Shown here: positions 59,112 through 64,000 of the stretch, one piece after another
Layout of the letters: every line of letters begins with the position of its first letter
Numbering within the stretch: the first letter of the stretch is position 1
Assembly (NCBI GenBank): GCA_003252295.1
Contig: QKEV01000011.1
Coordinates: forward strand, 7,127 to 71,126
From: a bacterium
Lineage (GTDB): Bacteria; Patescibacteriota; Minisyncoccia; Phycocordibacterales; UBA12088
DNA: 64,000 nucleotides
Reading direction: 5' to 3'
The notes under the pieces: model-generated
What the model was told of the DNA's origin: nothing
The model's input: the letters and a program-made list of their open reading frames with translations, nothing else
The model's database searches: none
Position numbers and translations under genes: made by a program

Positions 59112-59660
59112 TTACAAAAGTGCACGTTGCCTGGCTTGTAAGGCAAGTAATTTCTCAGATAACTGAGCGCACGTTTCCTTCTTTTCTTGAAGATCAGCGA
59201 TTGCTTGCTCGTGCTCAGTAATCTGAACACATACTGGTGAGGTCTCTGTTAGAGTAGCACCACCCTGTATTGGATACAGCTCATGCTCTATCGCCTCAAT
59301 GCTTGCACGTACAGCAGTTGGAAGTATCTTGACCAATGTAGCGTTCAAGTCTCCAATAAATTCCTGTTCTGACACATCTTCTCTATCATTATTCCTAAGA
59401 ATAAAATCACGAAGATAGTTGAGAAAATTAAAAACACCACTATCAGCGATCATTTGGAGATCACCTGAACCTACTGCAAGGTATCCCAACGTATGCAAAA
59501 GTTCTTCAATATTGTCCTCGTACACAATTCGTACACCGAGAACAATACATTCATTACAAATGTGTACTTCTGGACCTGCAACCAGCTTTTTAACCTCGTC
59601 CTCATTTTTACTACAAAAGCTACACTTTGCTTTTGGGTCTGTATCGCCACTTATGCACAT
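59112..59660 (-). CDS. ClpX C4-type zinc-finger domain protein without AAA+ module
   Basis: [27 protein letters not shown] followed by a helical/coiled-coil region. Confidence 0.8.
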   Translation of the reverse strand: MCISGDTDPKAKCSFCSKNEDEVKKLVAGPEVHICNECIVLGVRIVYEDNIEELLHTLGYLAVGSGDLQMIADSGVFNFLNYLRDFILRNNDREDVSEQEFIGDLNATLVKILPTAVRASIEAIEHELYPIQGGATLTETSPVCVQITEHEQAIADLQEKKETCAQLSEKLLALQARQRALL

Positions 59661-59911
59661 TACTCAACCTCCCTGATTAGAATGGATTATTAATTATAAG
59701 CATTACAAGCATCTACCTAATTTCACAGAATGTACTATTTTCTATATTTGTCAACGTTCACTGTGAAAGGGTTCCCCTTTCACAATAAGTATTTCTTTCT
59801 ACGAGTAGATTTAATCTTTTTATCTTGCTACTATATTTTTGTTAGTTCTTTCACATTTTCTCCAGTGACATGCTCGCAAATTACTGTTGGCAGGTGAACT
59901 GGAGAAAAAAC

Positions 59912-60262
59912 ATGGCACATCTTCGGGCAAAGTATTCATCTTGGTCTCCCGATACAAAGGGGGTAAAACAAATTGTTTGGTTTATCGTTTACACTGGCAA
60001 GGATGCTGATCGCTTCGGACCACATCCCAGAGCACATGAAGACGATCAAGCTCTTTTCAAAAAAGACCCTCAAGAATGGGCACACTCCATTCTTAAGAGA
60101 AATGAGCTGCCTTGCAATGCTCGTTTTGCCTTTTTAAACGGACCATTAGGTCCTTCCATTAAGGTAGTGTTTTCAGGAAAAACAACAGAGGGTGAAGACT
60201 ATCAATTACGGAGAAAGATTCTAAACACACTTCGCGAATTTATCTTTGTGTACCATAAGTGA
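59912..60262 (+). CDS. Hypothetical protein
   Basis: GGAG SD; hairpin at 60281-60320. Confidence 0.55.
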   Translation: MAHLRAKYSSWSPDTKGVKQIVWFIVYTGKDADRFGPHPRAHEDDQALFKKDPQEWAHSILKRNELPCNARFAFLNGPLGPSIKVVFSGKTTEGEDYQLRRKILNTLREFIFVYHK

Positions 60263-60384
60263 GTACCTCAAACCTCACGAAAAATTGCACCTCTGCGTCA
60301 TCAAGCACCGGTGCAATTTTATTTCACAGGATTGTTCATCACATAGTTAGATAAAATTGGAATCAATTGATCCCTGTTACATGA

Positions 60385-61068
60385 CTACTTAATCAACCGA
60401 TCTGTATACCCAAGAGAAACAAGATATTCATACGCTTCCCATACCTCATCAGGAATATCTTGTTCAATTTGAAATCCTTTTGCTGGATATTCTTTAATAC
60501 GCTGCAAATCTCCAATAAGTGCATGAATCCAGTGTTCATTATGACTATTACTTGCATCCTCATACTTTTCAATAGGGATAGGTGGTGATGTAACTATTAG
60601 TTCAATATTTGGCCACCACACTTTACCTGTCGCATAGGTACGACGTTCCATATACGGCTTTTGAACAGCTATTACTGTATTTGGTTCAATATTTTTTTCC
60701 CGCAAAAGCTGTATTGAAAATTCATAGTTTTGACCGGTATTTTGTGATCTGTTTTCAATCAAAATTGCCTCTTCAGGAACACCCATCTTACGTGCAATAT
60801 CCGCAAACACTTCTGCCTCTGTGGAACCGACAAATTGTTCTCTTCCTGGCTTGCTGTTGTGTATACTTCCAGATCCGGCAAAGATGATAATTGGTGCAAG
60901 ACCATCCAAGAACAACTGTGCAGCATGCTCTGCGACACGAGTATCACGACATCCAAGCACGAATATTGCATCTGCTTTTTTCAGTGTATGTTCCATATGC
61001 ATATAGTCCCATATGAGGTTTAGTGCTTTTTCCTTGGTCATTTCCATTTTTTTACTATTTTTCTCCAT
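60385..61068 (-). CDS. YdcF (DUF218) family protein
   Basis: ADAIFVLG, TEAEVF, ENRSQNTGQN, QKPYMERR. Confidence 0.9.
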   Translation of the reverse strand: MEKNSKKMEMTKEKALNLIWDYMHMEHTLKKADAIFVLGCRDTRVAEHAAQLFLDGLAPIIIFAGSGSIHNSKPGREQFVGSTEAEVFADIARKMGVPEEAILIENRSQNTGQNYEFSIQLLREKNIEPNTVIAVQKPYMERRTYATGKVWWPNIELIVTSPPIPIEKYEDASNSHNEHWIHALIGDLQRIKEYPAKGFQIEQDIPDEVWEAYEYLVSLGYTDRLIK

Positions 61069-61105
61069 ACAAAAATACTACCATGAACATACTATGGTAT
61101 GTTCA

Positions 61106-61285
61106 TCGAACCCGGGTTTCGACCGTGAGAGGTGAGAACGTGCCAAAGCACGTTCGTAAAACCTTGTGAGCTATCTTTTTGAACTTGTAAAAAAAAGTAG
61201 CCACAAGGTGTACTGCACCTGTAAGGGGCGGTGAGCAGAGCGAGCACCTTATGGGTGCAGTCCTCTCAGGTCAAACCCGATTCCC
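61106..61285. other. Structured element bounded by a tRNA-Glu(CTC) 3'-half fragment and its degenerate inverted copy
   Basis: Minus strand 61132-61106 reads CCTCTCACGGTCGAAACCCGGGTTCGA (anticodon loop to T-loop); it pairs with 61262-61279; three internal hairpins. Confidence 0.6.
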
Positions 61286-61302
61286 TTCCCGTGCGTAGCA
61301 CC

Positions 61303-61345
61303 TCAAAAACAAAACACCAGTCTTGTACTGGTGTTTTGTTTTTGA
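61303..61345. terminator. Long bidirectional terminator at the island edge
   Basis: 19-bp perfect stem tcaaaaacaaaacaccagt / actggtgttttgtttttga. Confidence 0.8.
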
Positions 61346-61442
61346 TTTGTGACCCTAGTTAGACAGAATTGGAATCAAATTCTAATTTACTTAACTTTTA
61401 CAATATAAACTATCACATTCATTAAGTGATATAATTTATAGT

Positions 61443-62204
61443 ATGCGAAACAAAAAACTTCATAGGTTGTTTATTGATGAATCTGGTCAACCGCAATATA
61501 GTCATTCCGATAAAAATTTTACATATTGTGGAATAATAGCAAACCCAATTCAATCTGAGTATCTTAAAATTGTTGCTGATCAAATAAAATTTAAATATTG
61601 GAATCGCACCAGCACCGTCTTTCATTCAGTAGATATCGGAAAGAAAAGAAATGATTTTAGTATTTTAAATGATCAAGATACTTATAGTGACTTTAAAACT
61701 GACTTATTTAAATTTTTAAATAACAATAGTTACAGATGTATTATAGTTTCAATTAACAAAGAAAAAGCTAGAACACTTGGATGGAGTGAATTAAAAGTAC
61801 GAAATATTGCAACAGACACTCTCATTGAACTATATATAAAATTTTTACATGAAAAATGTTTCTTGGGTCAAATAATTGCTGAATCATCTAGTTCGGCAGA
61901 TATCAACTTATACAAAAGATATACTTCTTACTTGTCGCAAGGTTGTCCTTCAATGAACTTAAGTCATATAGATTTAAAAAAACAATTAACATCAATTACA
62001 TTCGTTAGTAAAAATAATCATGATATTGAGGCACAGATTGCAGACATATTGGTGTATGCTGGAGTAAAAAAAATCTTAAGTGACGAAGGTTTTTTTAGTC
62101 TTTTGCCTGAAAGTTATGAAGGAAAACTTATAAATATATTAAATACGAAACTCATTAATTTCAAAGATGGTACAAATAGTTTTATTCGATTACCTTTACC
62201 ATAA
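61443..62204 (+). CDS. DUF3800 family protein
   Basis: N-terminal LFIDESG, FHS, C-terminal QIAD. Confidence 0.85.
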   Translation: MRNKKLHRLFIDESGQPQYSHSDKNFTYCGIIANPIQSEYLKIVADQIKFKYWNRTSTVFHSVDIGKKRNDFSILNDQDTYSDFKTDLFKFLNNNSYRCIIVSINKEKARTLGWSELKVRNIATDTLIELYIKFLHEKCFLGQIIAESSSSADINLYKRYTSYLSQGCPSMNLSHIDLKKQLTSITFVSKNNHDIEAQIADILVYAGVKKILSDEGFFSLLPESYEGKLINILNTKLINFKDGTNSFIRLPLP

Positions 62205-62209
62205 ACGAA

Positions 62210-62276
62210 GAAAAAGCGGACTTGCCGCTTTTTCAAAAGAGAGTTTGTAGCTTACGCTTACTTGCTCTCTTATTGG
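62210..62276 (-). ncRNA. Candidate small RNA convergent on the DUF3800 gene
   Basis: Minus-strand TTGACA-17-TAGCAT (62310-62282); AAGAGAG/CTCTCTT stem with inner GUAA-tetraloop hairpin; terminator at 62210-62234. Confidence 0.55.
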
Positions 62277-62369
62277 TAATAATGCTATCAAAGATATTAA
62301 CATTTGTCAAGGTTATCCACAGGCACACCTTGACAGGTTTTATACTCAAAAAAAAACCTTTAGAGTAAC

Positions 62370-62918
62370 TCAAACTTGTTTTAGACTTGTTTCTTTTGAT
62401 CTTTTTACAGATTCTCTGTAATCCCAAGGTAGTATAATTCCATATTCTTTTGCAATCCAATCTTGTGACCTAGCGTACAAACGTGCAAGATCTGACTCCT
62501 TACTAGCTTCACAAAATAATAAATACAAAGTTGTTGCGACTATAGTTGAAAAAATTATTGTTATTATAAAATAAATTATTAAGTGTCTTTCTTGATGAAG
62601 TGTTGGAAATATCCCTGTAAGTATTGAATACATAAATACAATAATTGAAATTGTGATCGCCATCCAAGCATGATACGCTTGGGCTTCTTGTTTGTGCATA
62701 GAGGAATTTATTGATAAATAATTATAAATTGAATCAAACATCGCAGGACTTATGCTTCTGTTCTGTATTGAAGAAAGTGTCTTTGGACTTATTCCAACGT
62801 AAATTATTGCTTCTCTGGATATTTCATCAAGACGAGGAATTGTCTTATATTTTTTTTCTAGCTTTTTATAATATTTATCTTCTTCTTTTGAAGCTGTTTT
62901 TTTATCGAAGAACCACAT
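62370..62918 (-). CDS. 2-TM hypothetical protein
   Basis: Two hydrophobic helices in the C-terminal half. Confidence 0.6.
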   Translation of the reverse strand: MWFFDKKTASKEEDKYYKKLEKKYKTIPRLDEISREAIIYVGISPKTLSSIQNRSISPAMFDSIYNYLSINSSMHKQEAQAYHAWMAITISIIVFMYSILTGIFPTLHQERHLIIYFIITIIFSTIVATTLYLLFCEASKESDLARLYARSQDWIAKEYGIILPWDYRESVKRSKETSLKQV

Positions 62919-62943
62919 AATTGTAATATTTTGTAATTAATTT

Positions 62944-63873
62944 TTATTTTTTAAGTTTTATATTTGCAACTGACAAAGTTTGTGCTGATAATACAAACAC
63001 TGGATCATTTTTCAATTTGTCCATGAGTTCAAACATGACAATTTTCTGCTCCTCTCCATTGCTCAACAACATTTTTACTACTCCATGTAACATGGAAATT
63101 ATTGAATCTCCTTCCATAAAATTTTTACCAAGAGGTCTTTTGATATTTGAAAACTGTTTTGTTGCTTCAGTGATACCTAATTCTTTTAACTCAGTATCAA
63201 GAGTGTTACGAACCTTAATTTTATTTTTTAGTAACTGATTAACAAAACCGGATTCCCATCTTTCAACCATTTCACTCAAGATATACCAACCCCAAGGCTC
63301 AAACTCAATTTCTTTTATCTTTCCGTCGTTACTTAAATAAATATGTCTTGTAAGTTGTGCTAAATTTCTTCCAATGTCTGCTTTTCCATTTGGATTTACA
63401 AGAACTTTTAACATTCCAAAAGCATACCCTAGTAGCCACAATGGTTTTTGATTGTCGCATTGTTTTTTATGCAACTCTTCAAGTTCTTTAAAATCTGATT
63501 CTTGCATAATCTTTTTTTTCTCTAAGTCCTCCCTGATCAATAGCGTAGTGTTTTCAATCCGATCATCTGTGTCGTCCATATCAAACATTGTGTCATCAAA
63601 GAGATCAAAAAGATTGTCTTTTAACAACTGTTTAAAATATTTGCCACTATTTTCCTTTTTTAAATGTAGCCCTGACGCATATCTTGAAAATGCTGTTTCA
63701 AGTGTTTTTTGCAGTATACGCTTTTCATTAGCTGAACAAATATTTTGCGCCTTTTTCGTACATCTGTAGTATCGGTCTGATAGATGCAACTTATGTCCAC
63801 TCTCAAGGAATACTAATGTTCCCTTTTTGAAATAGGGAATTTTTTTTAGCTTGAATGCAGTTTTATTTTTCAT
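62944..63873 (-). CDS. Protein with serine-recombinase-type zinc-ribbon-like N-terminus and no catalytic domain
   Basis: RYYRCTK...ICS...ILQKTLETAF followed by coiled coil. Confidence 0.5.
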   Translation of the reverse strand: MKNKTAFKLKKIPYFKKGTLVFLESGHKLHLSDRYYRCTKKAQNICSANEKRILQKTLETAFSRYASGLHLKKENSGKYFKQLLKDNLFDLFDDTMFDMDDTDDRIENTTLLIREDLEKKKIMQESDFKELEELHKKQCDNQKPLWLLGYAFGMLKVLVNPNGKADIGRNLAQLTRHIYLSNDGKIKEIEFEPWGWYILSEMVERWESGFVNQLLKNKIKVRNTLDTELKELGITEATKQFSNIKRPLGKNFMEGDSIISMLHGVVKMLLSNGEEQKIVMFELMDKLKNDPVFVLSAQTLSVANIKLKK

Positions 63874-64000
63874 ACTTCCACATAAAACATCGCTTGAATA
63901 CGTGACCAAATAAGAAAAGCACCTATAAGCGACAAACTCATAATGTACTTTCTATATTAGTTGTCAATTTTCAAGGCGCAGGCGGACTCCTGCTCTCGCC

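Larger units (their letters stand above)
61349..64000. mobile_element. Left end of an AT-rich genomic island (probably integrated at a tRNA-Glu 3' end), continuing past the window
   Basis: Abrupt drop in GC by eye; GTGACCC at 61349-61355 is the reverse complement of a tRNA-Glu-type 3' end; carries DUF3800 and recombinase-ribbon-like genes. Confidence 0.6.

Noticed and set aside
61106-61132. Intact tRNA-Glu gene
   Set aside because: Only the anticodon loop to T-loop is present; there is no D-arm, 5' anticodon strand or acceptor stem.
1-64000. CRISPR array or cas genes
   Set aside because: No regularly spaced direct repeats with unique spacers and no cas-like ORFs seen.

Overview
64 kb of bacterial chromosome that looks like a Patescibacteria/CPR (Parcubacteria-like) genome. 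This is an inference from compact, divergent core genes, a shortened UvrA and UvrC, an S21-like protein and a degenerate HisRS paralog. The code is standard (TGA is a stop). Core content: grpE-dnaK-dnaJ, ung, smr, a lexA-umuD-like-umuC cassette with a GAAC-N4-GTTC box in its promoter, sppA, two glycoside hydrolases, ddl, uvrC/uvrA/uvrB, tgt, pth, lepB, rpsU-like, ybeY, ftsA, ftsZ, trxB-like, SDR, an invertase/sucrose-phosphatase pair, rlmN, a P-type ATPase and ydcF. Many small ORFan islets with their own promoters, Shine-Dalgarno sites and bidirectional terminators sit between these, whereas core genes look leaderless. Best candidates for new biology: (1) an unannotated 42-aa peptide ending NGEGC directly upstream of a radical SAM/SPASM enzyme with a CX5CX2C motif, a putative minimal RiPP system; (2) a DUF3800 gene with a convergent promoter-hairpin-terminator small RNA at the start of an AT-rich island apparently integrated at a tRNA-Glu 3' end; (3) a structured tRNA-derived element next to that junction; (4) a 118-bp MITE with a 4-bp TSD that rewrote the C-terminus of an AbrB-like gene; (5) 7-nt-periodic palindromic spacers inside core operons. 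No rRNA, intact tRNA or CRISPR array was seen. All family calls come from motif recognition by eye, not database searches.
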